Assembly (NCBI GenBank): GCA_964016885.1
Contig: OZ024740.1
Coordinates: forward strand, 370,512,001-370,576,000
Direction: 5' to 3'
Source of the DNA: Eledone cirrhosa
Taxonomy: Eukaryota
DNA: 64,000 bases
Position numbers and translations under genes: made by a program. The notes beneath the pieces were generated by a model. It was not told the DNA's origin. It saw nothing but the letters and a program-made list of their open reading frames with translations, and searched no databases. Of this stretch, positions 1 through 11,720 are shown one piece after another (the stretch's first letter is position 1; every line of letters begins with the position of its first letter).

Positions 1-1
1 G

Positions 2-385
2 TACCAAAGGGGCACAAAGAATTGTTCTTTGTGTACCACAGAAAAGTATAGGATTTTGCTAAACTTGAGAGACACTTCCGCTTGCCTTAATTCAAAGACT
101 GAGATCTTCAGATGCTGTCCTCATCTGAGACCGCACCTGATCTGTAACTGGATTGACACTCCTATGAGAAATCAACCGCCTTGAACTCCTTCTCCCGCTC
201 TTTACTTCTGCTACGGTTTTTATTTTACTGTTTCTACGTTCTGTACTCTTGTATACCTACATTTATTATATATTTTTTTCTCCCTTACCTCCCCTTATAT
301 TTTACCTTCTCCTATGCGGCCCCCACATATATTCTTTTTGCCTTGCCCTCCACATACCTATGTGTATGTGTGTGTATATTTGTGT

Positions 386-467
<82 letters not shown>

Positions 468-760
468 ATATATATATATATATAGATATGTGTGTGTATG
501 TGTGTATGTATATATGTTTATACGTATGTGTGTGTGTGCCTGTGTGTATGTATTTATATATGTATGTATTTGTGTGTGTGTGTGTGTATATGTGTATGTG
601 TGGATAAGCCAGGTTTCTCTCATCCTGAAGATTGTAGGAAAAATTTTTTTTCCTTTTAAGAAACCCTTGGTAAATGGAATAATTGTCTTATGTTGCTTTA
701 ATACTTTACTACTATATATACGGTTATGTAAGGTCCTTATGGTTTATCTAAGATTGAGTT
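2..760 (+). mobile_element. Penelope-like element 3' part: GIY-YIG C-terminus (2-183) plus 3' tail with HHR
   Basis: Frame from 2 reads YQRGTKNCSLCTTEKYRILLNLRDTSACLNSKTEIFRCCPHLR...*, matching the PLE CxLC..E / LN.K.E...C.H C-terminal motif. An HHR follows at 615-679. Confidence 0.75.
615..679 (+). ncRNA. Type I hammerhead ribozyme motif
   Basis: CTGAAGA (625-631), stem II AGGAAAAA/TTTTTCCT, GAAA (660-663), stem III CC-CTT-GG, GTA cleavage triplet (cut after 672). Stem I is imperfect. Confidence 0.7.
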
Positions 761-847
761 TTACATACACACACACATATACGTGTGTGTATGCGTATGC
801 ATGTGTGTGGGCGTGGTTGTGTATGTGTGTATATGTGTATATGCATG

Positions 848-888
<41 letters not shown>

Positions 889-982
889 GTGTATGTATAT
901 ATGTGTGTGTGTGTATATATGTGTGTGTGTACATATGTGCGTGTGTTTATATTGATAATTGTATATGTGTGTGTGTGTGTGT

Positions 983-1063
<81 letters not shown>

Positions 1064-1458
1064 CTGTTGTGCGTGTTTATGATACATACGTATTTGTATG
1101 TGTATAATTGTTTAGCTATGTATGTATATGTGTGTGTATGTGTACGTGTGTGTATATATATATGTGTGTGTGTACGTTTGTATTTATGTAATTATATGTG
1201 TGCTTATGTATGCATATATGTGTGTGTGTGCATATAGTTGTATACACATGTGTGTGTGTGTATAGATTGTACACTTGTGCGTGGTTATGCATGTATTCGT
1301 ATGTATGCGGTTATGTATTTGTATTTGAAAAATTTGTTTATGTGTGAGAGTGTGTGAATGCGTTGACTATTTCGTGCGTATGTATATGTGCTTTTGTGTG
1401 TGTGTATGTGTGTGTGTGTATATATGCATGTGTGTGTGTGTATGTGTGTGTGTGTGTA

Positions 1459-1489
<31 letters not shown>

Positions 1490-1512
1490 GTATGCGTGTG
1501 TGTGTGTAGATA

Positions 1513-1571
<59 letters not shown>

Positions 1572-1944
1572 TTGTATATGTTTGTTCTTAGAGGAACAAA
1601 GCCAGACAGATTTCTGTATTCAGATTGGAGCCAATCCTTATCATTGGCTTCCTCTTTAGCTACAGGTGTGTGTAAGATCAGTATGGGGTCAGTCATGGTA
1701 GATAGATTTGGAGGAAGGGGAGATTCCTTAAAAGCTAAATTCTTAAAGGTTCTAGTATATTGACCAAGGTTTAGGGAATTCTGTGGACAATTTCTAAGTG
1801 TAATCTATACAACTGTAGCCATAAACTCACGAGACACTTTCAACAGAACATACCCTGCGCGTATGCGCGCATGCACGCACACACATGTGTATGGGGGAAA
1901 TATATTTATATTTGTATACGCGTGCGTGCGTGCGCGCATACACA

Positions 1945-2069
<125 letters not shown>

Positions 2070-2203
2070 GTGTATGTGTGGTTGTATGGGTAGTCTTATT
2101 TTGTTTTTATTTTTTCCTTTCCTTCTTCCTTCTCCAGCCTCACTTTCATATAGCTTGCTTTTTTTGTTTTTAAGATCCAAATTCAATAAGCAAACCAGGA
2201 TTC

Positions 2204-2263
2204 TTTTGTTCTGAGGATTGAAAGCAAAACCTTTTGCTTTTAAGAAACCACTGGTAAATGGAA
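2204..2263 (+). ncRNA. Type I hammerhead ribozyme motif (same family as 615-679)
   Basis: TTTTGTT-CTGAGGA-[TTGAAAGCAAAA cc TTTTGCTTTTAA]-GAAA-CC act GG-TA-AATGGAA. Flanks are homologous to about 601-720. Confidence 0.8.
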
Positions 2264-2362
2264 TAATTGCCTCATGTTGTTTATTACATAATAATAATTA
2301 AGCTCTGTTGCTTACATAGAGCACTCTTTTTTCCTGGACTTTTCCGACGGAATTACTTCATT

Positions 2363-2444
<82 letters not shown>

Positions 2445-3159
2445 CACACAGAGGTATATAAATATATATTACCCACACACATAAATGTAATATATATATG
2501 TGTATGAGTGTGTGTGCGTGTGCGTGTGCGTGTGCGTGTGCGTGTGCGTGTGTGTGTATTATATAACAATTCCATTCAGCCACACATGTACACACGTGAA
2601 CACTTAACTACCTATTTTTCTCTACATGTGTGTTTATATATGAATGTGTAACCGTATAAATATGTGAATGTTGCACAACTTATAATAATTGAATGAAATA
2701 CCTGTCAGTTACCCATTTTCTATTACGTGTTTCTGTTTGTGTATATTTATGTTTAGTGCATGGGCCTGTATGTGACATAGTGTGTGTGCGTTCGGATGTG
2801 TCCTTGTGTGTGTGCTTGTATGTGTTTTTTGTGTATTCCTGTCTGTATTCTTGTGACTGTATGTGCGTGTGGATGATTCTCTGTGCTTGTGTGTGTGCTT
2901 GAATGTGTCTGTGTCTGAGCTTCGCTGTGTGTCTGTGTATGTGAATTATGTGTGGTATTGTGAGTGTGCCTGTGTTTGTCTGTGTGTGTGAGTCAGAAGA
3001 ATGAAGATAATATTGTTAAAATTGATATACCTAAGAATTGAGGTCCATGTTTATTTGAAATTGTTTTACTGGTAAACAATTGCTGTGACCTCCTGTAAAC
3101 TTCTGTGTCCTCAGAATCACGCATTTACCTAATCTGACTTCAGAATTAGCTGTGTTTAA

Positions 3160-3350
3160 CATGTCTTTGGCAGTAATACAGTTCGGGGAAACGCCTTCTC
3201 CATTCTGTCCACCGGGGCTGTGGGGAGGCCAGTACGTGGGACCCCATTCGCTTACCATACGGAGAGATGGGGAGGGCCAGAGAGATGGAGGCGATGACAG
3301 TGGGAGTTCGACTGACTGATCCTTGTAGCATTCATTTGCCGTTGCTACAT
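3160..3350 (+). mobile_element. CRE-like non-LTR retrotransposon extreme 3' fragment
   Basis: Encodes ...RGNAFSILSTG, matching the RGNAFSI end of the copy at 39185-39500. Confidence 0.45.
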
Positions 3351-3691
3351 TATACCCTACCCCATTATCCTCCATAACACTACCAGTGTACAGTGTTATA
3401 TATATCACCCATCTTCTTTTAATTTGCTCTGTCTTATACTCTCTAGCACACACTAAACTACGTCCTTTATCCTATGACACATATTCGTTAATATATACGC
3501 TTACATACATATCACAGTTATTTGCAGATAACAACAAATAATTTTGAAACATCCGCTTGTCAAAGCAATATCCTGAATCTGAGATGGTCTGCATTGCCAA
3601 TATTTGTCTAGTTTAGTTTTATGATTTCTTACAACTCACATGATTCTTTACGGCTACTGCTGAACTCGAGACCAATACGCCATTAGTATTA

Positions 3692-3742
3692 CCATTCTGA
3701 AGATGGAGCTCTGAAAGCCTCGAAACATTAATACATAAATGG
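3692..3742 (+). ncRNA. Degenerate hammerhead-like motif
   Basis: CCATT-CTGAAGA...GAAA...ATA-AATGG with a 5-bp stem I. Stem III is disrupted. It lies about 45 nt before a (TA)n tract, like the other copies. Confidence 0.4.
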
Positions 3743-4029
3743 ATTCTTCCTAAGTAAAACGGTACTAATACAGAAATACGATAAATCATATATATATATA
3801 TATATATTGTAGTACAAATTTGGTAAAAATATCCAAGGGTTTAGAGCACTCGGGCTATAGAATGAGTTAAATATAATTAGTTACAACTGTACAGGTAACA
3901 TATACAGGTAGTTAAGTTTGTTAGCTTGTTTACTCTCAAGCCTGTCTTAAAAAAAAAATGTTAATTATATTTTTATGACAGGCTGAATGGGTTGAGGTAA
4001 ACAACCCAACGAAACTTAAGTGTCACTGT

Positions 4030-4082
<53 letters not shown>

Positions 4083-4361
4083 TTAATATATTCTGGTGAA
4101 TGGATTGCGCGGGTATCTAATATATCATCCGTCATGTAACTGAAAGGTGAAAAGATATTGTCAGATTCAGAGCTTACTCAACAATATTAAGAACATGAAC
4201 ACAGGAAATTGTCTTCAACCGTATATCGAAATCAGTTGGTGGACAATTGTGACGAGATGTAATTAAATTAACTGTGACAATAGGAAATTATATAGCTATC
4301 ATAATCTTCATCTTTTAACGTCTGCTTTCCCTGCTAGCAAGAGGTGGAATATCTATCTATC

Positions 4362-4402
<41 letters not shown>

Positions 4403-4512
4403 ATATGTATATATATATATATATATATATATGCTAGCGTAAACCTCTTCAAATGAAGTTGATGTTTATTACGGTATGTCGAATATATTTATCTATAAAA
4501 CTGTTTATATTG

Positions 4513-4578
4513 TATTTTGTCTGATGAAGGCATAGCATATTGTTAATATGATATCCCCGAAATATATATAATGAAATA
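4513..4578 (+). ncRNA. Minimal type I hammerhead ribozyme in a PLE terminus (about 4465-4620)
   Basis: TATTTTGT-CTGATGA-stem II (CATATT/AATATG core)-GAAA-T-ATAT-A-TA-ATGAAATA, with palindromic loop III. The same terminus occurs at 45202 and 53237. Confidence 0.8.
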
Positions 4579-5135
4579 AATATGGTTTTATAAATATAGT
4601 TTTCCATTTATTTAATATTGTATATATATATATATATATATATATACAATACAAATACAAGATAAACTTACATGGATGCTTCCCATGTAACAATACGAAA
4701 CTGAATATAGTTAAGAATGTTTGCTAACTTAAAACTTCAGCAAACATTAAAAAAACTTTGCAGTATGTTCGAAATTATATACAGCTGTTTTATCAATATG
4801 AAAAGTGAAACAGAATAACTCTTTTTATTGTGAAGTATTAATAGTGTTTAAAATGAAATTTTGTTAATTCTAATAAAATATTTTTTCCTAATTTCCAATC
4901 GATCAGATTATCTTGTGATACTTTCTATTCTTACCATTTAATTATTAGGCGTACATGGTATCGTTGTACGTAATGTTTGTGATGCTATAACCATAAAGGC
5001 GACAACTATATAACATTAACTAACAGACAAAATTAGAACTTGCAAATAAACGAGCTAAAGTCTATCTCTTAGAGGTGTAACACCCCTATTTATCTATATT
5101 TCAGTCGAGTCACGAAAAGCTAATTAACATCTATT

Positions 5136-5935
5136 ATTGGCAGTATCGGTAGAGGGTCGGACGCCATGCGTTGACGTATAGAGTTACGGCCCTTGCCATT
5201 CTGAGTTCAAATCTCGCCGAGGTTAACTTTGCTTTTCATCCTTACGGGGTCGATAAAATAAAGTACCAGTAATGCGCTGGGTAATTGCTGGCCTTGTACC
5301 AAACGTAGAAACAATTATTTATCTCTAGGTTTAAATCGAAATTTAAGTGAATAGCTTCGTAAGCCTTTTAAATCATGTTATTTTTATCTTCATTTTCTTT
5401 TTCTAATAATATTCTTCTGAGTCGACCTATCGTTGATTGGATTGGCAGTATCGGTAGAGGGTCTGACTCCATGCTTTGCAGCAAAGAGTTACGGCCCCTT
5501 ATGGTCTGCGTTCAGATCCCGCCGAGGTTAACTTTGCATTTCATGCTTACGGGGTCGATAAAATAAAACACCACTAGTATAATTGCTGGCCTTATGCCAA
5601 ATATAGAAACAATTATTCAAAGTTTGTCGATGTGTGTGGGTATGCATCTTTAAGTGTAAGAGAGTGTGTGTGCGATTGTGTTTATGTATGGGCACAGACT
5701 TTATAGTTTGTACGGAAATTTGATTGTTTGCATCTACTATGTTCGAATAATTGTTTCTACTTTAGGCACAAGGCCAGCAATTAACCAGTGCATTACTGGT
5801 ACTTTATTTTATCGACCCCGTAAGTATGAAAGGCAAAGTCAACCTTGGTAGGATTTGAACTCAGATCGTAAAGGGACGTAACTATGCTGGAAAGCATGGC
5901 GTCCGACCCTCTACCGATACTGCCAATCCACCGCC
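5136..5935. mobile_element. Three tRNA-derived SINEs with Deu/Nin-like core: 5136-5319 (+), 5438-5617 (+), 5746-5935 (-)
   Basis: TGGCAGTATCGGTAGAG head, GAGTTCAAATC B-box, TTTGCCTTTCATCCTTACGGGGTCGATAAA core, GCCTTGTGCC...TAGAAACAATTATT tail. Confidence 0.9.
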
Positions 5936-7084
5936 TTTGAATAATGTTTGAATAATGATACGTAAACTTTCCAAACTATGTTTAATGAGAGTGAACAACA
6001 ATAAACAAGTCTTTAATCGGTTATACAATATAAAGGGAAGAGATTGTATATAGTGACCCAAATTTGTGACACAGATTCTTTGTTTAGGTGTACCATTTCA
6101 TTTATCCTCTTCATTAAACTGAGTCTCGAATGACTTTGTAATGAATTCGTAAAAGTGAAAACACAAACATGAGGAAATCGGGTTCAATACAGTCTTTTAA
6201 ACAAACAAGCAATTAAGACTGTGAACAAAATCGCAATATATTTTTGTTTACACTACAAAATGTTTGCCTAATATTACTACGTAGAAAATAACTTATTAAT
6301 TACAATAAAATTAATGCATTGCAGTATCTACATTTGTTTTGTGCGTTACGTTAAATGTGAAACACCTTGTGAATACTAATTTTTTAAGGAGAAGACATAG
6401 TAACTCACTAAACGTTTTTATTGTATCATTCTATAGGGCCAAGAAGTAATTGCTATAATTATAATAGTAATATACTTCCACTCCATTCAACATTATCATG
6501 ATCATCACAAAGATAAATCATAATTATTACAAATTCTGATCCTCACATTCTCCCGTTAATGTGGTTTATATTCAAGCCAGTTCTGATGTAGCACATCAAT
6601 TATCGAAAACAAAAGTATTCCAGCTGTCTCTTGCCTGACCATGGGTGTGCAGTTCTATATTATCAGATGATACCTTTATTTAGCACTGTAGGTATTTGCC
6701 GAACAAGTTGAGGCTTTCTCCATTAGCTCGTACAATCTGTTCTGAATTCTCGTGCTGAACAGACATCTATTAATTTACCAAAAGTGCATCCCAACGACTA
6801 GAATTCATACATACACACACCCAAATACATATACACACCCAAATACATATACACACACATGGTTACACGCACATGCACCCATACAAACACGCGCGCACGC
6901 ATCCATACACGTGCAACAAAATCTCTTATCAGTCTGCGATTTCTAGAAATTTTACATAAGATTCTCATTAAAACAATTTTCATATATTTCGGGAAAGTTA
7001 CTGCGGCTAAACATACAAACATTCTAGATACCATCCAGAATGTAGTCATATAACAGATTTTCAGGGATTCACTGCAAACATTAG

Positions 7085-7370
7085 CTTGTAATTGAACCTA
7101 TAGCGGTTGAGATTTCTGGTGTTCTTGGTTCCCATAATCTCTCCTTATTCACTGCTATTAGGATCGAGTTGGACACTCACAGGCGTGAGCCACGTTAGTG
7201 GGAATGGATAATTCAACAAGGCTCCTTCGCTATTCCTCTATTCTGTCCACTAAGCCCAAGGGGTGGCTATCGCCTGAAATTCTGCAGCAGGCTAAAGAGC
7301 GGTTTACCACACAGTACGGGCTTGTATCATTGGTGTAACATTGATTAAGTATACTCTCTCTCATGTTTCG
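7085..7370 (+). mobile_element. CRE-like retrotransposon 3' fragment (restriction-like endonuclease end)
   Basis: Reads EPIAVEISGVLG...RREPR*WEWIIQQGSFAI. Homologous to 32470-32870 and 39185-39500. Confidence 0.6.
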
Positions 7371-7383
7371 TCAATTCTTTCAA

Positions 7384-7508
7384 AATAATTGTTTCTACTT
7401 TAGGCACAAGGCCACCAATTACCCAGTGCATTACTGGTACTTTATTTTATCGATCCCGTAAGGATGAAAGGCAAAGTCAGATCGTAAAGGGACGTAACTA
7501 TGCTGGAA
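7384..7508 (-). mobile_element. Partial SINE (Deu/Nin-like family)
   Basis: Near-identical to 5746-5890 with an internal deletion. Confidence 0.85.
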
Positions 7509-7847
7509 TGTACATGAAGCGTAGCTATATTTGTCCCACCATAAATACAACTACCACAAACGTGTCATTCTGTTTGAACTAGCTGACCGAATACCATTTT
7601 TCACCCACCTAAACCTGTGCTAAATACTCTCCCTAATCATTTTCATAAATTTCCTTTAAATGGTGCATTTCCGTCTTAAAAAAGAATATGCATTGGATAC
7701 AGTATTTCTTAATATACAACAAGAATGCAAGGTCAGGATTAAAATGATTTTGATCATAGGTTTACTCAGTCAGTATTAAACCAAGGCTAAACACTAATGT
7801 CAACAACAACCTGTTGGAATTCTCTCCTAAACTATCTTTTTCTGCAG

Positions 7848-7917
7848 ACTTTGGCAGTTGATCAATGAAGTTGCAGATCAACGTCATTATCACATCGGTG
7901 TAGGAATACATGCAAAG
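7848..7917 (+). CDS. Probable internal exon of an unidentified host gene (xLWQLINEVADQRHYHIGVGIHAK)
   Basis: Acceptor tctttttctgcag, 70-nt open frame, consensus donor AAG|gtaagt, non-repetitive context. Protein not recognised. Confidence 0.55.
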
Positions 7918-8020
7918 GTAAGTATTGATACGCTCCCCTCCCAACACCCGGTTTGTTGATTAACTAATAAATATATAATTATTTCCAATTATTCCCCTTT
8001 ATTCCCATTTTCAACCGCAG

Positions 8021-8032
8021 CCATTAATCTGA
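8021..8032 (+). CDS. Possible last coding exon (PLI*) spliced to 7848-7917
   Basis: Pyrimidine-rich acceptor cccattttcaaccgcag at 8020. A 103-nt intron gives in-phase CCA TTA ATC TGA. Confidence 0.3.
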   Translation, partial: PLI

Positions 8033-8837
8033 GGGAGGGAAGACTTCACTAGGCTGACTTACCTTCGTCACATTATTTGAAGGGGAGTTGTAAGTACGTT
8101 TTCACTTCATGCTCCCTGTGAAGGATGCTGCTAAATACGTTTCTGTTTCATTCTCACAGTGAAGATTAAATGCATTAGGTATATAGATGTGATTATAGTG
8201 ACAGTCATAAGAATCTATAACAACTCACAATAAGGCTGCCAAGAAAATTTCAAATGATTTGTTAATGAGCAAAGCTGTCGTTTACTGCTGAAAAACTGAT
8301 TGTTAAAAGCTAGTTGATTGATTAACTTTTTGTCAAAGAGTTATTTTATTGCATTAGAATTTAAGCTCTCCAAATGGAATACGCTATATAAATACTCAAA
8401 TCTCTTTCTGTATTCATTCTTGTTCTATAAACTTTTAGTTCAAATCACATCGATGACAAATTTGCCTGTTAACGTACCGATGTCGTTAAATAATATACAG
8501 TCTAGCAGGGAGAACTTGCAGAATCATTAAAGTAACGGGTGGTATGTGTGTGTGAGTGTATGTGTTAGGGTGGTAGGCCTAACGGTGTTGGTTCCATTCC
8601 TCCTGTTTTTCTGGATCCAGTCATTTCACATGGGTGGCATATTTAATCTATCGCCAAGTTTAATCACCCATTAGCAGAGTCCAGTCTGCCTAAGGATTTC
8701 AGGCTTACGATTTGCGTATATATTCCGTTTTCCCAAAGGTATTGAACAGGCACATATCTACTGTTCTTCCTTCTCTGATTGAATAGGACAATGTTTATAT
8801 ATATAAACTCCTCTGCATGTGTATATGTATGTGAATG

Positions 8838-8871
<34 letters not shown>

Positions 8872-9069
8872 AGGCTGCTCTTCATCGCTACTGCTAATAT
8901 GTAAACCAGTGCAACCTGTTGCTTGGTCGAGTCGTCGATGGCTGAGGCGGCAACTCCAACAAGCCCGCTTGACACCCTGTGAGATGAAAGCAACAATGTG
9001 TAAAGAGTGAAATAACTTATGAGAGTGTGTGTATGTTTATATATATCTAAGTCTAAAATCTGTCTTAAG

Positions 9070-9323
9070 CCAGAAGGCTCATTTGGCCGGTGCTTATTCC
9101 GGTTTCATAGCGTTAAGTGACTAAGAATACAAGACCCCCCCCCCCTGGACAGGACGCCAGTCCATCGCAGGATTAAGCCCACAGCTATTGCTGGTACTCA
9201 TTTTCAGCTGAGTATACTGGGACAATGAGAAATGAAGTGTTGAACACAACACAAAACCCAGGAATCGAACCCACGACATTATGATCGTAAGTCCAACAAC
9301 ATTACCACTAGGCCACGTACCTC

Positions 9324-9327
<4 letters not shown>
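9070..9327 (-). mobile_element. tRNA-derived SINE, second family (Meta-SINE-like core)
   Basis: Minus strand: TGGCCTAGTGGTAA A-box, GGTTCGATTCC B-box, CAGCTGAAAATGAGTACC and CCTGCGATGGACTGGCGTCCTGTCCAGGGGG cores. Second copy at 21080-21332. Confidence 0.8.
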
Positions 9328-9420
<93 letters not shown>

Positions 9421-9540
9421 AGACATATATATATATATGTGTGTGTATATATATTTATATGCATGTATATATATATATATATATATATACATGCATGTAT
9501 ATACACACACACACACACACACATACACACACACACACAG

Positions 9541-9573
<33 letters not shown>

Positions 9574-10548
9574 CTACCTGAATTACCCGGCGTTGCTCGG
9601 GTTACTGCTGTTCTTAGATTAGTAAACAATAAATATGAAGATATGTTTTTTTTCTCAGAATTATTTCAAAATATCCATATCTTATTTTTAAAATATCAAA
9701 ATTCTAATGATAATAGAATTTAAAAAGGAAAATCTGTCAATCTTGAAGCACCATAGGGTAAACAATATATATTGTATCAATTTTTGTTGGTGTCTAAATG
9801 AATAGATTGTTGCTACACACTCACACATACACTCTCATATACATATACTAAGACAGACACACACAGACATACATTCAGGCAGACACACGCATAGCTTTCA
9901 CCTTATTTTTGGTCAATCGCTACATATGTGTAGATGTGTGTGTGTGCATTTAATAACGTACCTAATGAACGCGCGCACACACACACCCTCACATAAACAT
10001 ACATATTCATATACAAAATGTGACGTCGTTGTGTTGTTTTCTATTGTATTAATCCAAATGAAAATAAAAATTATCACACATAAACTCTCACATACACCCA
10101 CACACACTCTCACATACATATACTAAGACAGCCACACACAGACATACATTCATGCACACCTGTCTGTCATCACATATGTATCTGTATGTGTAGATGTGTG
10201 TGTGTGTTTAATTGTCTGTGTGTGAAAATAATGTGTATGCAACTTATTAAGGCTATATGTATGTGTAGATGTGTGTGTGTGTTTAATTCTCTAATGAACG
10301 TAACGAACTCGCAAACACACACACACACTCACAGACACAGACACACTCATATGCAAAATGTGACATCGTCGTCATCGTCGTCGTGGTTTACTGTAGAAAT
10401 ATTATTTTAGATAAAATGTCATATTGTTTAATCCAAATGAAGATAAAAATTACATGTTGACACTCCCGGAGTCTAATACTAATACTTTGGTCCAGCCGTT
10501 TGAGAATGCATAGGAACAGACAGACAGACGAAGAATTTCATATACATA

Positions 10549-10552
<4 letters not shown>
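9574..10552 (-). mobile_element. Non-autonomous Helitron-like element
   Basis: Minus 3' end CCCGAGCAACGCCGGG hairpin followed by GTAG|T (CTAG-like). The other end has TATATGTATATGAAA then a (TCTG)n tract. Internal tandem duplications lie at about 9810-10450. Confidence 0.6.
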
Positions 10553-10604
<52 letters not shown>

Positions 10605-10640
10605 ATGGTGCTGGTGGTAGTAGTAGTAGTAGTAGTAGTT

Positions 10641-10731
<91 letters not shown>
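10549..10731. repeat. (GTA)n trinucleotide microsatellite
   Basis: Direct reading. It explains the poly-L/V/T ORFs. Confidence 0.95.
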
Positions 10732-11094
10732 CAAAAAATAGTGATTCATAACAACTGAAGCACTTAAATAATTTATTTAAAAAATTTGGTAACTGTGAGT
10801 AAGACACTAGTTATATATATATATAAAGAAAATTGTTTTCAAATATAAAAACTGGAAAGGTGTAGGTGAAAAAGCTATATCAGCTCAAAATACGGTAATT
10901 TATTATAATAAACTGTCCACATAGCAACATATAATATTTAAAATAAAACATTTACAAGTTTATATAATTTACACCAGAGACAAAGATATTCATACATAAA
11001 ACTTGCGTTTTTTTACCATCTGACAATCTTAATTTTCTTTCGCTTGTTGCTAGCGTAACGGTTTCAAATATTTATAGTGTGGTTGTTAGTGCAT

Positions 11095-11720
11095 TGATAA
11101 CTCTCGCCCTCCTAATTTCAAGAGCTCTGTTAAGATGTTGTCTGCTCCTATGATGTTCTTTCTTTGATCATGCGCACTGCTACTTCGAACTCATCCTGGA
11201 TTATTGAAGATTTTAATAGTTTTTTATCATTGTTAGTGGCGTTATCCAGGCTGCTGATACCATATCTGGGTTTGTGGTTTTAAAGGTCTTCCCAATACTC
11301 AGACTATCTTCTCATGACGGCAGTTTCGTTTGTGAGGAGAGAGCCTGTCATTTTTTATAACAATAGCATTGGTGAGATTTCATAAGCAGCAATAGTAATA
11401 GGTTGCTTTAATGTTGGCAATATTTCATAAACAGCCATGCACAATTTTACCCCTGCTTCGATATAATCACATTGGTTTGATATCATCTTCTCCTTGGCTT
11501 CATTCATTTCTTTCTTACCTTCTCATGTATAGTGTCGTATTACTACCTAACACATAATCTTTTGGTTTGATCTTCTCCATGTCCGGTCTTGGACCACATA
11601 GATACAGGATATCATCAATAGACCATGTTTTCCTTTTTTTTTTTCTTTTCTCGGCTATATCGAGAGTTAATTCATTACGCGCTTTCTTTATGTTGTCAGT
11701 CAATAAGATTATGTCTTCTT
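11095..11720 (-). mobile_element. Decayed RTE-type LINE fragment (APE-RT linker)
   Basis: Reads KKRKTWSIDDILYLC..., GSLLTNETAVMRR*SEYWEDL, IIQDEFEVAVRMIK, with stops and frameshifts. Confidence 0.65.

Noticed and set aside
181-1591. Long YI/CV/HT-rich ORFs here and at 28276, 31830, 48086, 49514, 52798, 55513 and 61733
   Set aside because: They are translations of (TA)n/(TG)n microsatellites that lack stop codons.
3976-4026. HHR-like TGACA..CTGAATG..GAAACTTAAG..TGTCA
   Set aside because: Core spacing and the cleavage triplet do not fit.
9250-9327. tRNA-like A/B boxes (also in the 5136-family heads)
   Set aside because: They continue into SINE cores and tails and lack a complete cloverleaf.
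10450-10807. Poly-Leu/Val/Thr ORFs
   Set aside because: They derive from the (GTA)n repeat.
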